A stretch of DNA of 64,000 bases from Pedococcus sp. (GTDB lineage: Bacteria; Actinomycetota; Actinomycetes; Actinomycetales; Dermatophilaceae), in assembly GCA_039916625.1 (NCBI GenBank), contig JBDSKZ010000027.1, positions 5,497-69,496 on the forward strand, in the 5' to 3' direction. Shown here one piece after another: positions 7,558 to 19,921 of the stretch (position 1 is the first letter of the stretch; the number at the start of each line of letters is the position of its first letter). The translations under genes were made by a program, and so were the position numbers. Below the pieces are notes generated by a model. That model ran no database searches, had not been told where the DNA came from, and worked only from the letters and a program-made list of their open reading frames with translations.

Positions 7558-10155
7558 TCAGGCGTTGGCCACCAGGCCGAGCTCGCTCGTGCTGGTCAGC
7601 CCGGCATGCTTGGGCAGCACGCGCACGGTGTAGCCGAACGACCCCGTCCGGGCGAGGGCGACGTCACCGGCGAACTGGTGGCGGCCTCCCTCGTAGGACT
7701 CGACGAACGCCAGCGACTCGCTCTGGACGTCACGCAGCTCATCGGAGTCCCGAGCCAGCCCGTGCACGACCTGCACCTCGACCTGGTCAGGGGTCAGGTC
7801 CCCCAAGGAGACATAGGCACGCACGTGCAGGGTCTCCCCGACCTGCGGGGAGTCCGAGACGCCCGAGGACTCGACGTGGTCGACCTGCACGGCCGGCCAG
7901 GCCCCCCGGACCTTGCCCTTGTAGGCGGCGAGGTCGCGGGCGCCCTCGAAGGTGCCACCGTCGTTGAGCGCCCAGCCGGCACGGGCCGCGGGCCCGTAGA
8001 GCTGGGTGGTGTAGTCGCGGACCATCCGGCTCGCGAGCACCTTGGGGCCCAGCGTGCGCAGCGTGTGGCTGATCATCGACAGCCAGTTCTGCGGCAGCCC
8101 GGCCTCGTCGGTGTCGTAGAACCGGGGGGCCACGGAGTTCTCGATGAGGTCGTAGAGCGCGGACGCCTCGAGGTCATCGCGACGCTCGGAGTCCTCGACG
8201 CCGTCAGCGGTCGGGATGGCCCAGCCGTTCTCGCCGTCGAACCACTCGTCCCACCAGCCGTCGAGGATCGAGAGGTTGAGCCCACCATTGAGGGCGGACT
8301 TCATGCCGGAGGTGCCACAGGCCTCGAACGGGCGCAGCGGGTTGTTGAGCCACACGTCGCACCCCGGGTAGAGGTACTGAGCCATGGCGATGTCGTAGTT
8401 CGGCAGGAACACGATGCGGTGGCGGACCTCGGGGTCGTCGGCAAAGCGGACCATCTGCTGGATCAGCTGCTTGCCGGTCTCGTCGGCAGGGTGGGACTTG
8501 CCGGCGATGACGAGCTGGATCGGACGCGCGTCGTCGAGCAGCAAACGCTTGAGGCGGGCAGGGTCGCGCAGCATCAGGGTGAGCCGCTTGTAGGTCGGCA
8601 CGCGCCGGGCGAACCCGATCGTCAGCACATCGGGGTCGAGGATGTCGTCGACCCAGCCGAGCTCGGCCGGGCTGGCGCCGCGCTTCTTCCACGAGGAGCG
8701 GGTGCGGCGGCGGGCCTCGACGACCAGCTGCTGGCGCATCTCGCGCTTGGTGGCCCAGATGGCCTCGCGCGGCACCTCCTCGATGCGGTCCCAGGCGTCG
8801 TCGCGCTCGAGGTCGTAGGTGCCGAGGTGCTTGTCGGCGAGCTCGAAGATGCGGCGGTCGACCCACGTGCCGGCGTGCACACCGTTGGTGACGCTGGAGA
8901 TCGGGACCTCGTCGTCGTCGAAGCCCGGCCACAGTCCGTCGAACATCTCGCGGCTCACGACACCGTGCAGCTCGGACACGCCGTTGGCGCGACCACCGAG
9001 GCGCAGGCCCATCACGGCCATGTTGAACATGCCCGACTGACCGCCGGGGTAGCTCTCGGCACCGAGCCGCAGGAGCTTGTCGACGGGCACACCGGCGACC
9101 GCCAGCTCGCCACCGAAGTGCAGCTCGATGAGGTCAGCGCCGAACCGGTCGATGCCGGCCGGGACGGGCGTATGGGTCGTGAAGACCGTGGCGGCGCGAA
9201 CGGCCTCGAGGGCCTCCTCGAACGACAGCCCCGCGGACTGGGTCAGCTCGTGGATGCGCTCGACACCGAGGAAGCCCGCGTGGCCCTCGTTGGTGTGGTA
9301 GACGTCCGGGGTGGGTGCGCCGGTGAGGCGCGACCACAGGCGCAGCGCACGCACGCCACCGATGCCGAGGAGCATCTCCTGCTGCAGTCGCTGCTCACCG
9401 CCGCCGCCGTAGAGACGGTTGGTGATGTCGCGGGCTGCCTCGTCGTTGTCCGGGACGTCGGAGTCGAGGAGCAGCAACGGCACCCGGCCGACCTGGGCGC
9501 GCCACACGTGGGCGTGCAGCTCACGGCCACCGGGCAGCTGGAGGGTGATCACGCAGGCCGTGCCGTCGTCCTCGCGCAGCATGCTCAGGGGCAGGCCGTC
9601 AGGGTCGAGAACGGGGTAGGTCTCCTGCTGCCAGCCGTCGCGGTTGAGGCTCTGCTTGAAGTAGCCGGTCTTGTAGAAGAGGCCGACACCGACGATCGGG
9701 ACGCCGAGGTCGGAGGCTGTCTTGAGGTGGTCACCGGCGAGGATGCCCAGGCCACCGGAGTACTGGGGCAGCACCTCGGTGATGCCGAACTCCGGGCTGA
9801 AGTAGCCGATCGCCTTCGGTGCACCGGCACCGGCGCCCTCCTCGTCCTGCGCCTGCGCCCACGCCTGGTACCAGCGCGGTTCGCTCAGGTAGTTGTCGAG
9901 GTCGGCCTTGGCGGACGCCACCGCGGCGACGAACTCGCTGCTCGACGCCAGGACGGCGAGCTCGGCCGGCGACAGCGCCGAGAGCAGGCGGACCGGGTCC
10001 TTGCGCACCATGGTCCAGCGCTGCGGGTCGATGAGCTCGAACAGGTCGCGCGTCGGGGGGTGCCAGGACCACCGGAGGTTGCTCGCCAGGTCGCCGAGGG
10101 CCGCAATCGGCTCGGGCAGGACAGTACGGACGCTGAAGCGTCGAATCGCCTTCAC
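7558..10155 (-). CDS. glgP: alpha-glucan (glycogen/maltodextrin) phosphorylase, actinobacterial GlgP type
   Basis: VKAIRRFSVRTVLPEPI is the typical N-terminus. The PLP-lysine region is EACGTSGMKSALNGGLNLSILDGWW. I chose GTG 10155 (verified) because the track's upstream extension is Arg-rich junk. Confidence 0.9.
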   Translation of the reverse strand: MKAIRRFSVRTVLPEPIAALGDLASNLRWSWHPPTRDLFELIDPQRWTMVRKDPVRLLSALSPAELAVLASSSEFVAAVASAKADLDNYLSEPRWYQAWAQAQDEEGAGAGAPKAIGYFSPEFGITEVLPQYSGGLGILAGDHLKTASDLGVPIVGVGLFYKTGYFKQSLNRDGWQQETYPVLDPDGLPLSMLREDDGTACVITLQLPGGRELHAHVWRAQVGRVPLLLLDSDVPDNDEAARDITNRLYGGGGEQRLQQEMLLGIGGVRALRLWSRLTGAPTPDVYHTNEGHAGFLGVERIHELTQSAGLSFEEALEAVRAATVFTTHTPVPAGIDRFGADLIELHFGGELAVAGVPVDKLLRLGAESYPGGQSGMFNMAVMGLRLGGRANGVSELHGVVSREMFDGLWPGFDDDEVPISSVTNGVHAGTWVDRRIFELADKHLGTYDLERDDAWDRIEEVPREAIWATKREMRQQLVVEARRRTRSSWKKRGASPAELGWVDDILDPDVLTIGFARRVPTYKRLTLMLRDPARLKRLLLDDARPIQLVIAGKSHPADETGKQLIQQMVRFADDPEVRHRIVFLPNYDIAMAQYLYPGCDVWLNNPLRPFEACGTSGMKSALNGGLNLSILDGWWDEWFDGENGWAIPTADGVEDSERRDDLEASALYDLIENSVAPRFYDTDEAGLPQNWLSMISHTLRTLGPKVLASRMVRDYTTQLYGPAARAGWALNDGGTFEGARDLAAYKGKVRGAWPAVQVDHVESSGVSDSPQVGETLHVRAYVSLGDLTPDQVEVQVVHGLARDSDELRDVQSESLAFVESYEGGRHQFAGDVALARTGSFGYTVRVLPKHAGLTSTSELGLVANA

Positions 10156-10207
10156 GAGGGGTGAGCATAAGCCCACGGGCCGGCTGCGTTGACGCGTTCT
10201 TGCAGAT

Positions 10208-10222
10208 CTTTCAGAAAGTTTC
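10208..10222. promoter_or_regulatory. overlapping short palindromes (CTTTCAGAAAG / GAAAGTTTC) in the glgP-glgE divergent intergenic region
   Basis: This is the locally AT-richest patch of the 167-bp divergent region. TTGACG lies about 20 bp upstream of it on the plus strand. It is an operator or promoter candidate only. Confidence 0.3.
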
Positions 10223-10322
10223 ACACGTCGGGCAGCCAGGACAGCGGCTCCAGCCCTTCCCACCCGTCCATCTGGTGCCGCGGGAAGGTACACGCCGCCC
10301 CAGACCCGGTAGCGTCAGGCGT

Positions 10323-12424
10323 GTGACTGCGACGCCTCCGGCAACCACACCCACCTCCCCCGACGCGCCCACCACGGGCAGCACCGGCACCCGCCCCAGC
10401 GGGGTGGCCGTCCCCACCACCCGACCACCCCAGACCCCGATCGGTCGCATACCGGTCCAGGACGTCACCCCCGTCATCGACGGCGGCGCCCGCCCCGCGA
10501 AGTCGGTCGTCGGTGAGCAGTTCACCGTGACCGCGACGGTCTTCCGTGAGGGCCACGACGCCGTCAACGCGTCCGTGGTGCTCACCGCCCCCGACGGCTC
10601 CGAGCGCGTCCTGCCGATGAGTGGCACCAACCCGGGCCTCAACGCCTGGGAGGCCGTCGTCGAGGGCGACGCCGTCGGCTGGTGGTCCTACCGGGTCGAG
10701 GGCTGGTCCGACCCCTACGGCACCTGGCAGCACGACGCCGCCATCAAGGTGGCCGCCGACATCGATGCCGAGATGATGCTCGAGGAGGGCGCCCGCGTCC
10801 TGGAGCGTGCAGCCACCGAGGTCCCGCGGGACGAGGCGCAGAAGGCGGTGCTCGAGGACGCCGTCACCGCTTTGCGCGACACCCGTCGGCCGCCGTTGGC
10901 CCGCCTGCACGCAGGCACCGACCCGTCTGTCGTGCGCGAGCTCGCCGCCCGCCCGCTGCGCGACCACGTCAGCGCCTCGACCGACCTCCCCCTGCTCGTC
11001 GAGCGCGAGCGGGCCCTCTATGGCGCGTGGTACGAGATCTTCCCGCGTTCCGAGGGAGCGGTGCAGGACCCCACCACCGGGAAGTGGACCAGCGGCACCC
11101 TGCGCACGGCTGCGGAGCGCCTGCCCGCCATCGCCGCCATGGGCTTCGACGTCGTCTACCTCACCCCCATCCACCCGATCGGCACCACGGCGCGCAAGGG
11201 CCCGAACAACACCCTCGACGCCGGACCTGACGACCCGGGCAGCCCCTATGCCATCGGCTCGCCCGACGGGGGCCACGACGCCATCCACCCCGACCTCGGC
11301 ACCTTCGAGGACTTCGACGCCTTCGTGGCCCGCACCGAGGAGCTCGGCATGGAGGTGGCGATGGACATCGCGCTCCAGTGCTCGCCCGACCACCCCTACG
11401 TGCAGACCAACCCCGAATGGTTCACGACCCGGGTCGACGGCACGATCGCCTACGCCGAGAACCCGCCCAAGAAGTACCAGGACATCTACCCGCTGAACTT
11501 CGACAACGACCCGCGGGGGTCCTACGCGGAGATGCGCCGGATGGTCCAGGTGTGGATCGACCACGGGGTCAAGATCTTCCGGGTCGACAACCCGCACACG
11601 AAGCCGGTCGAGTTCTGGCAGTGGATCATCGACGACGTCGCCCGCGACCACCCCGAGGTGATCTGGCTGGCCGAGGCGTTCACCAAGCCGGCGATGATGC
11701 ACTCGCTCGGCAAGGTCGGGTTCCAGCAGTCCTACACGTACTACGCCTGGCGCAACCAGAAGTGGGAGCTCATCGAGTACCTCGAGGAGCTCTCCGGTGA
11801 CGCTGCGGCCTACATGCGCCCGGCGTTCTGGCCGACGACGCACGACATCCTCACCCCCTACATGCAGTTCGGCGGCCCGGCCGCTTGGAAGCTGCGGGCC
11901 GCGCTCGCGGCGACCCTCGTGCCGACGTACGGGATCTACGCCGGCTACGAGCTCATCGAGCACGTGGCCCGCCCGGGCGCCGAGGAGCAGATCGACAACG
12001 AGAAGTACCAGTACCGGAACCGCCGTTGGGAGGACTACGAGCCCGGCGGGAAGAAGGAGGGCCAGTCGCTCTCCGGCTACCTCACGCGGATCAACGAGAT
12101 CCGGCGCGACCACCCCGCGCTGCACTGGCTGCGCAACATCACGTTCCACCACGTCGACGACGAGAACATCCTGGCGTTCTCGAAGCGGCGCACCCTGCCG
12201 GACGGCAGCGAGGACATCGTGGTCGTCATCGCCAACCTCGACCCGCACAGCACGCGCGAGTCGACCGTCCACCTCGACATGCCGGCGCTCGGCCTCGGCT
12301 TCGAGGACGGCATCGCCGCCCAGGACCTCCTGACCGGCGCGTCGTGGCACTGGGGCGAGCACGTCTACGTCCGGCTCGGTCCCGAGACCGAGCCCGTCCA
12401 CATCGTCGCCGTCCGGAGGTTCTG

Positions 12425-12425
<1 letters not shown>
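10323..12425 (+). CDS. glgE: alpha-1,4-glucan:maltose-1-phosphate maltosyltransferase GlgE
   Basis: IGRIPVQDVTPVIDGGARPAKSVVGEQFTVTATVFREGHDAV is the GlgE-specific N-domain. It is followed by FRVDNPHTKP and a GH13_3 core. I chose GTG 10323, but the start is uncertain by tens of codons. Confidence 0.9.
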
Positions 12426-14126
<1,701 letters not shown>

Positions 14127-14134
<8 letters not shown>

Positions 14135-15563
14135 GATCCACACCTCTGCGACCCTCGCGCCGACCAAGCTGGAGCTGGTCGGTCCGTGGATGGCGCGGCA
14201 ACGCTGGTATGCCGCCAAGGGCCGGCTCCCGGTGCTGCGCAAGCTCTGGTCGTGGCGCCTCGACGACCCCGCCGGCGAGGTGGGCGTCGAGACCCTCCTC
14301 GTCGTCGACGAGGGCGGTCCCGACACGGTCGTCTACCAGGTGCCCCTCACCTACCGCGGCGCTCCGCTCGAGGGCGCTCAGCACGCGCTGGTCGGGACCA
14401 TGGAGCACAGCGTCCTCGGCCCACGCTGGGTCTACGACGGTGCTCACGACCCCGTCTACGCAGCGCAGCTTCTCGCGCTCGTGCTGGAGCAGGCGACCCC
14501 GCAGGCCAGCGGCGCCTCCGACACCGCTGAGCCCGCCGTGCAGTCGCACCGGCACCCGTCGTGGACGACGCGAACCTCCGTGCGGGGTTCCCGCGTGCTG
14601 TCCGGCGAGCAGTCGAACACGTCGGTCATCTTCGACTGCACTGATGACACTGGTGCGCCAAAGCCGCTGATCTGCAAGGTGTTCCGCACGCTCCAGGCTG
14701 GCGAGAACCCCGACGTCGTGGTGCAGGGTGCCCTGGCCGAGGCCGGGTCGCTGCGCGTCCCCGGCATGGTCGGTGACGTGTCCGCCACCTGGCCCTCGGT
14801 CGCCGGTGGGGGCTCCGAAGCGGGTCACCTGGCGTTCGCGCAGGAGTTCTTCCCGGGCACCGAGGACGCGTGGCGGGTGGCTCTGCATGCTGTCGCCGCC
14901 GACGAGGACTTCTCCGACCAGGGCCGCGAGCTCGGGGCCGCGACCGCCGAGGTGCACGCTCGCCTGGCCGAGGTCATGCCCACCGAGCCGGTCACCCCCG
15001 CGGCCATCGCGACGATGGTTGCCGGCATGCGCGGACGCTACGTCGCCGCAGCCTCCGAGGTGCCGGCGTTGGCTGCCCACGAGCAGCGCATCGCCGAGGT
15101 GTTCGATCGTGCCGCCACTGCGAGCTGGCCTGCGTTGCAACGGATCCACGGCGACTACCACCTCGGTCAGGTGCTCCAGGTCGCTGGCCGCGGGTGGGTG
15201 CTGCTCGACTTCGAGGGTGAACCCCTGCGACCGCTGTCCGAACGCACCCGTCCCGACCTCGCCGTGCGCGATGTCGCGGGCATGCTGCGCTCCTTCGACT
15301 ACGCCGGCGGATCGTGGGAACAGTCCCACCCGGGGCAGAACGCCCGCGCCTGGGTGGACACCGCGCAGCGCGCCTTCCTCGAGGGGTATGCCGCCCGGTC
15401 CGGGCGCGACCCGCGCCGGGATGCGGCATTGCTCACCGCGTTCCAGCTCGACAAGGCGCTCTACGAGGTCGTGTACGAGGCCCGCAACCGGCCGACCTGG
15501 TTGACCATCCCCACCACAGCAGTGGTCCGATTGCTTGACGACGCGAGGAAGGACCTGCCGTGA
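14127..15563 (+). CDS. pep2: maltokinase (Pep2/Mak)
   Basis: The N-terminal cap reads LVGPWMARQRWYAAKG. The kinase core reads IHGDYHLGQVL...LLDFEGEP. The GTG start overlaps the treS 3' end by 8 nt. Confidence 0.85.
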
Positions 15564-17968
15564 GTCCCCGATTCGGCAAGAAGGACAAGAAGATCGACAG
15601 CACCGCGAAAGAGGAGGCGACGACGACCCCGGGGTCGGCACCGCACACCCCTCCTGCGGAGTCGCTCATCGAGAAGCCGGCCGGCTCGCCGTCGGCACCC
15701 CGGCGCCCGACGACCGAGCCGCCGGTCGACCGCACCCCCGAACCGCTGCCGCCGGTCTCCACCCCGGCCGAGGCGATCCGGGCCCTCGCCGACGGCCGTC
15801 ACCAGCAGCCGCACGACCTGCTCGGGCACCACCTCGAGCCGGCCGGCCTGCGCGTGCGCGTCCACCGTCCCTTTGCGTCCACGGTCGCCGTGCGGTTCGC
15901 CGACGGCACGCGCCTGGACCTCACCCACGAGGCCGACGGCGTGTGGGGCGGGCTGCGCGAGGACCAGACCGAGACGCAGGACTACCGCCTGGTCGTGAGC
16001 TACGCCGACGGCGTGGAGCACGAGATGGACGACCCGTACCGTTTCGCGCCCACCCTCGGTCCGATCGACCTCCACCTCATCGGTGAAGGCCGCCACGAGC
16101 AGCTGTGGACGGTCCTCGGCGCCCACGTGCGCGAGTACGACGGTCCGCTCGGCCACGTCGTCGGCACGTCGTTCGCCGTGTGGGCGCCGCGTGCCCAGGC
16201 AGTGCACGTCGCCGGTGACTTCAACGGCTGGGACGGTCGGAGCCACCCGATGCGCCTGCTCGGGGAGTCCGGTGTCTGGGAGCTCTTCGTTCCCGGTGTC
16301 GGCGACGGGACGATGTACAAGTACCTCGTCCGGGGCGCCGACGGGAAGGTCCGCGAGAAGGCCGACCCGATGGCCCAGGCCACCGAGCTCCCGCCGGCCA
16401 CCGCCTCCTCGGTGGTCCAGTCGAAGTACGACTGGAACGACGGTGAGTGGCTCGCCGAGCGCGCCGAGAGCAACCACCACGAGCAGCCGATGAGCATCTA
16501 CGAGGTGCACCTCGGCTCGTGGCGCCGCAACCAGTCCTACCGCGACCTTGCCGAGCACCTCGTCAACTACGTGCAGGACCTCGGGTTCACCCATGTCGAG
16601 CTCATGCCGGTCATGGAGCACCCCTACCCGCCGTCCTGGGGCTACCACGTCACGAGCTACTACGCGCCCAGCGCGCGCTTCGGTCGCCCCGACGACTTCC
16701 GCCACCTCGTCGACCGGCTGCACCAGGCTGGCATCGGCGTCATCCTCGACTGGGTCCCCGGCCACTTCGCGACCGACCCGTGGGCGCTGGCACGCTTCGA
16801 CGGCCTGCCGCTCTACGAGCACGCGGACCCGAGCAAGGGCTGGCACCCCCAATGGGGCTCCTACATCTTCGACTTCGGCCGGATGCAGGTGCGCAACTTC
16901 CTCGTCGCCAACGCGATCTACTGGCTCGAGGAGTTCCACATCGACGGGCTGCGCGTCGACGGCGTGGCCTCGATGCTCTACCTCGACTACGCCCGCGAGG
17001 ACGGCGAGTGGACGCCGAACATCCACGGCGGCCACGAGAACCTCGAGGCGGTGGACCTGCTCCAGGAAGCCAACGCGACGGCATACAAGCGCGTGCCCGG
17101 TGTGGTGATCATCGCCGAGGAGTCCACGTCGTGGCCGGGCGTCACCAAGCCCACCAGCGAGGGTGGGCTCGGGTTCGGGCTGAAGTGGAACATGGGCTGG
17201 ATGAACGACTCCCTGAAGTACCTCGCGGAGAACCCCATCCACCGGCAGTACCACCACCACCTGCTGACCTTCTCGCTCATGTACGCGTTCAGCGAGAACT
17301 ACCTGCTGCCCATCAGCCACGACGAGGTCGTGCACGGCAAGGGCTCACTGCTGCGCAAGGCGCCGGGCAGCCGCTACGACCAGCTCGCCACCGTGCGAGC
17401 CTTCCTGGCCTACCTGTGGAGCCACCCCGGCAAGCAGCTGTTGTTCATGGGCAGCGAGTTCGCGCAGGAAGCCGAATGGGCCGACGGACGCGAGCTCGAC
17501 TGGTGGCTGCTCGACCACGCAGCCCACTACCGCGTGCACAACCTGGTCAAGGAGCTCAACCGGGTCTACCGCGATAACCCCGCACTGTGGGCGCTGGACT
17601 CCGACCCCGCCGGGTTCGAGTGGCTCGACGCCGACGACAACGGCGGGAACACCTACTCCTACCTGCGTTTCGGCACTCGTGACCGCCAGGGCTCGGTCGT
17701 GGCGGTGGCGGTGAACTTCGGTGGGCTGTCGCGTGATCCGCTGCGCCTGGGCGTTCCGCACGCCGGCGACTGGAAGGTCATCCTCGACACCAGCGGCTAC
17801 GACGAGTTCGGCACACCGAGCCAGGCCGACGTGGTCGTCACGGCCCAGGAGCACGGCGCCCATGGTCAGCCGTACTCTGTCGAGGTGCGGGTGGCCGCCC
17901 TGTCGGCGGTCTACCTCGCACCGGTCGGAGCCGCTGCACTGCCCAGCGGGGAGGCCGCGGCCGGGTGA
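15560..17968 (+). CDS. glgB: 1,4-alpha-glucan branching enzyme GlgB
   Basis: WGYHVTSYYAPSARFG, GVILDWVPGHF, IDGLRVDGVASMLY, IIAEEST and ISHDEVVHGK. GTG 15560 overlaps the pep2 stop (GTGA). GAGGAAGGA lies upstream. Confidence 0.92.
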   Translation: MSPRFGKKDKKIDSTAKEEATTTPGSAPHTPPAESLIEKPAGSPSAPRRPTTEPPVDRTPEPLPPVSTPAEAIRALADGRHQQPHDLLGHHLEPAGLRVRVHRPFASTVAVRFADGTRLDLTHEADGVWGGLREDQTETQDYRLVVSYADGVEHEMDDPYRFAPTLGPIDLHLIGEGRHEQLWTVLGAHVREYDGPLGHVVGTSFAVWAPRAQAVHVAGDFNGWDGRSHPMRLLGESGVWELFVPGVGDGTMYKYLVRGADGKVREKADPMAQATELPPATASSVVQSKYDWNDGEWLAERAESNHHEQPMSIYEVHLGSWRRNQSYRDLAEHLVNYVQDLGFTHVELMPVMEHPYPPSWGYHVTSYYAPSARFGRPDDFRHLVDRLHQAGIGVILDWVPGHFATDPWALARFDGLPLYEHADPSKGWHPQWGSYIFDFGRMQVRNFLVANAIYWLEEFHIDGLRVDGVASMLYLDYAREDGEWTPNIHGGHENLEAVDLLQEANATAYKRVPGVVIIAEESTSWPGVTKPTSEGGLGFGLKWNMGWMNDSLKYLAENPIHRQYHHHLLTFSLMYAFSENYLLPISHDEVVHGKGSLLRKAPGSRYDQLATVRAFLAYLWSHPGKQLLFMGSEFAQEAEWADGRELDWWLLDHAAHYRVHNLVKELNRVYRDNPALWALDSDPAGFEWLDADDNGGNTYSYLRFGTRDRQGSVVAVAVNFGGLSRDPLRLGVPHAGDWKVILDTSGYDEFGTPSQADVVVTAQEHGAHGQPYSVEVRVAALSAVYLAPVGAAALPSGEAAAG

Positions 17969-18045
17969 CCCACTTCTGGGGCCACCGCATCCCGCTGCTG
18001 GTGGTCCCGGTCGTGCTCGCGTATGCAGCGTTCGCCGCGTGGTGA

Positions 18046-18065
18046 GTGGGCGCGGCCGCGCCCAC
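18046..18065 (+). terminator. 20-bp perfect GC palindrome (gtgggcgcggccgcgcccac), hairpin downstream of glgB
   Basis: Read directly from the sequence. It lies 78 nt after the glgB stop. There is no T-tract, which is common in high-GC actinobacteria. Confidence 0.4.
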
Positions 18066-18207
18066 CTCGCCGTCTCCCTCGAGCGTACGTGCGACACCAC
18101 CGACCTCGCCGAGCACGTCACGGGGTGCTCCTGGGGCTGGCCACCGGACTCGCCCTCGTCGTGGGACGACGGTGGGCAGCGGGCCGCAACGCTGGCACAG
18201 TGGTCCC

Positions 18208-19851
18208 ATGAACGACCCGCGCGCAGGACAGCCCGCCGAACCCTCCGACCTGGTCGACGTGGCCCACCTCGTCACCGCCTACTACACGCTGGTCCCCGAT
18301 GCCGACGACCTCGACCAGCAGGTCGCCTTCGGTACGTCGGGCCATCGAGGGTCGAGCCTGCGGACGGCGTTCAACGAGACGCACATCCTCGCGACGACCC
18401 AGGCCATCTGCGACTACCGCGCGTCTCAGGGCTACGACGGTCCGCTGTTCGTCGGCCGCGACACCCACGCGTTGTCCGAGCCGGCCTGGGCCTCGGCCCT
18501 GGAGGTGCTCGCCGCCAACGACGTGATCGTGCTCGTCGACGACCGCGACGGCTACACCCCGACCCCAGCGGTGAGCCACGCGATCATCCGTGCCAACGAG
18601 GGCCGCACGACCGGCTCCGCGCTGGCCGACGGCATCGTCGTGACCCCGTCGCACAACCCGCCCTACGACGGCGGGTTCAAGTACAACCCCCCGCACGGCG
18701 GGCCGGCCGACTCCGATGCCACCAAGGTCATCGCGGCGCGCGCCAACGAGCTCATCGCCGCCGGGCTCGCCGACGTGCGTCGGGTGCCGTACTCCCGGGC
18801 CAGGGCGATGGCCCAGCCCTACGACTTCCTGGGGACCTACGTCGACGATCTCCCGACGGTCGTCGACCTCGCCCGGATCAAGGAGGCGGGCATCCGGATC
18901 GGCGCCGATCCGCTCGGTGGTGCGGCGGTCGCCTACTGGGGCGAGATCGCCGACCGCCACGGCATCGACCTCACCGTGGTCAATCCCCTGGTCGACCCGA
19001 CGTGGCGCTTCATGACCCTCGACTGGGACGGCAAGATCCGGATGGACTGCTCCTCCCCCTCGGCGATGGCCTCGCTCATCGCCCGCAAGGACGAGTACGA
19101 CATCGCCACGGGCAACGACGCCGACTCCGACCGGCACGGCATCGTCACGCCCGACGCCGGCCTGATGAACCCCAACCACTTCCTGGCGGTCGCGATCTCC
19201 TACCTCTTCGGTGGTGCGCGACCCGGCTGGCCCGACGGGGCAGCGATAGGCAAGACGCTCGTCTCGTCGTCGATGATCGACCGGGTTGCCGCCGACCTCG
19301 GAGCCACCCTGGTCGAGGTGCCGGTCGGGTTCAAGTGGTTCGTGCCGGGCCTCATCGACGGCAGCTTCGGCTTTGGTGGCGAGGAGTCGGCTGGTGCCTC
19401 GTTCCTGCGGCGCGACGGTGCGGCCTGGACCACCGACAAGGACGGCATCATCCTTGCCCTGCTCGCGTCCGAGATCCTTGCCGCGACAGGCAAGTCCCCG
19501 AGCCAGCACTACGCCGACCTCACCACCCGTCATGGAGACCCCGCATACGCCCGCATCGACGCTGCGGCCAGCCGCGAGCAGAAGGCCAAGCTCGCGGCCC
19601 TCTCCCCCGACGACGTTGCCGCGGACTCCCTTGCGGGAGAGCCGATCACGGCCAAGCTGACCAAGGCACCCGGAAACGACGCCGCGATCGGCGGCCTCAA
19701 GGTGACGACCGAGAGCGCGTGGTTCGCTGCCCGTCCGTCCGGCACCGAGGACGTGTACAAGATCTACGCCGAGTCGTTCCAGGGCCCCGAGCACCTTGCC
19801 CAGGTGCAGGCCGAAGCCAGGGAGGTCGTCGACGCCGCACTGGGCGGCTGA
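18208..19851 (+). CDS. pgm: phosphoglucomutase, alpha-D-glucose phosphate-specific
   Basis: The active-site loop is [10 protein letters not shown]. The metal loop is [12 protein letters not shown], followed by GGEESAG. The ATG at 18208 was verified ([10 protein letters not shown]...). Confidence 0.9.
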   Translation: MNDPRAGQPAEPSDLVDVAHLVTAYYTLVPDADDLDQQVAFGTSGHRGSSLRTAFNETHILATTQAICDYRASQGYDGPLFVGRDTHALSEPAWASALEVLAANDVIVLVDDRDGYTPTPAVSHAIIRANEGRTTGSALADGIVVTPSHNPPYDGGFKYNPPHGGPADSDATKVIAARANELIAAGLADVRRVPYSRARAMAQPYDFLGTYVDDLPTVVDLARIKEAGIRIGADPLGGAAVAYWGEIADRHGIDLTVVNPLVDPTWRFMTLDWDGKIRMDCSSPSAMASLIARKDEYDIATGNDADSDRHGIVTPDAGLMNPNHFLAVAISYLFGGARPGWPDGAAIGKTLVSSSMIDRVAADLGATLVEVPVGFKWFVPGLIDGSFGFGGEESAGASFLRRDGAAWTTDKDGIILALLASEILAATGKSPSQHYADLTTRHGDPAYARIDAAASREQKAKLAALSPDDVAADSLAGEPITAKLTKAPGNDAAIGGLKVTTESAWFAARPSGTEDVYKIYAESFQGPEHLAQVQAEAREVVDAALGG

Positions 19852-19866
19852 GAACCCACGCAAGGC

Positions 19867-19903
19867 GGTGCGGAGCCAACGCCACTGACGCCGGCTCCGC
19901 ACC
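19867..19903. terminator. hairpin between convergent pgm and PLD-like genes
   Basis: An 11-bp stem (ggtgcggagcc / ggctccgcacc) encloses a 15-nt loop. It sits in the 70-bp convergent gap. Confidence 0.4.
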
Positions 19904-19921
19904 GTCTACCGCGACGGGCCC

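Noticed and set aside
7375-10164. A 929-aa plus-strand ORF opposite glgP. Similar long antisense ORFs exist at 4818..6791 (-), 10221..12401 (-), 12365..14326 (-), 15461..17335 (-), 18118..19902 (-), 25830..27677 (+), 32270..34690 (+) and 60571..62544 (+)
   Set aside because: All of them lie antisense to genes with unambiguous family motifs. All have the Arg/Gly/Asp/His/Val-rich, low-information composition of shadow frames.
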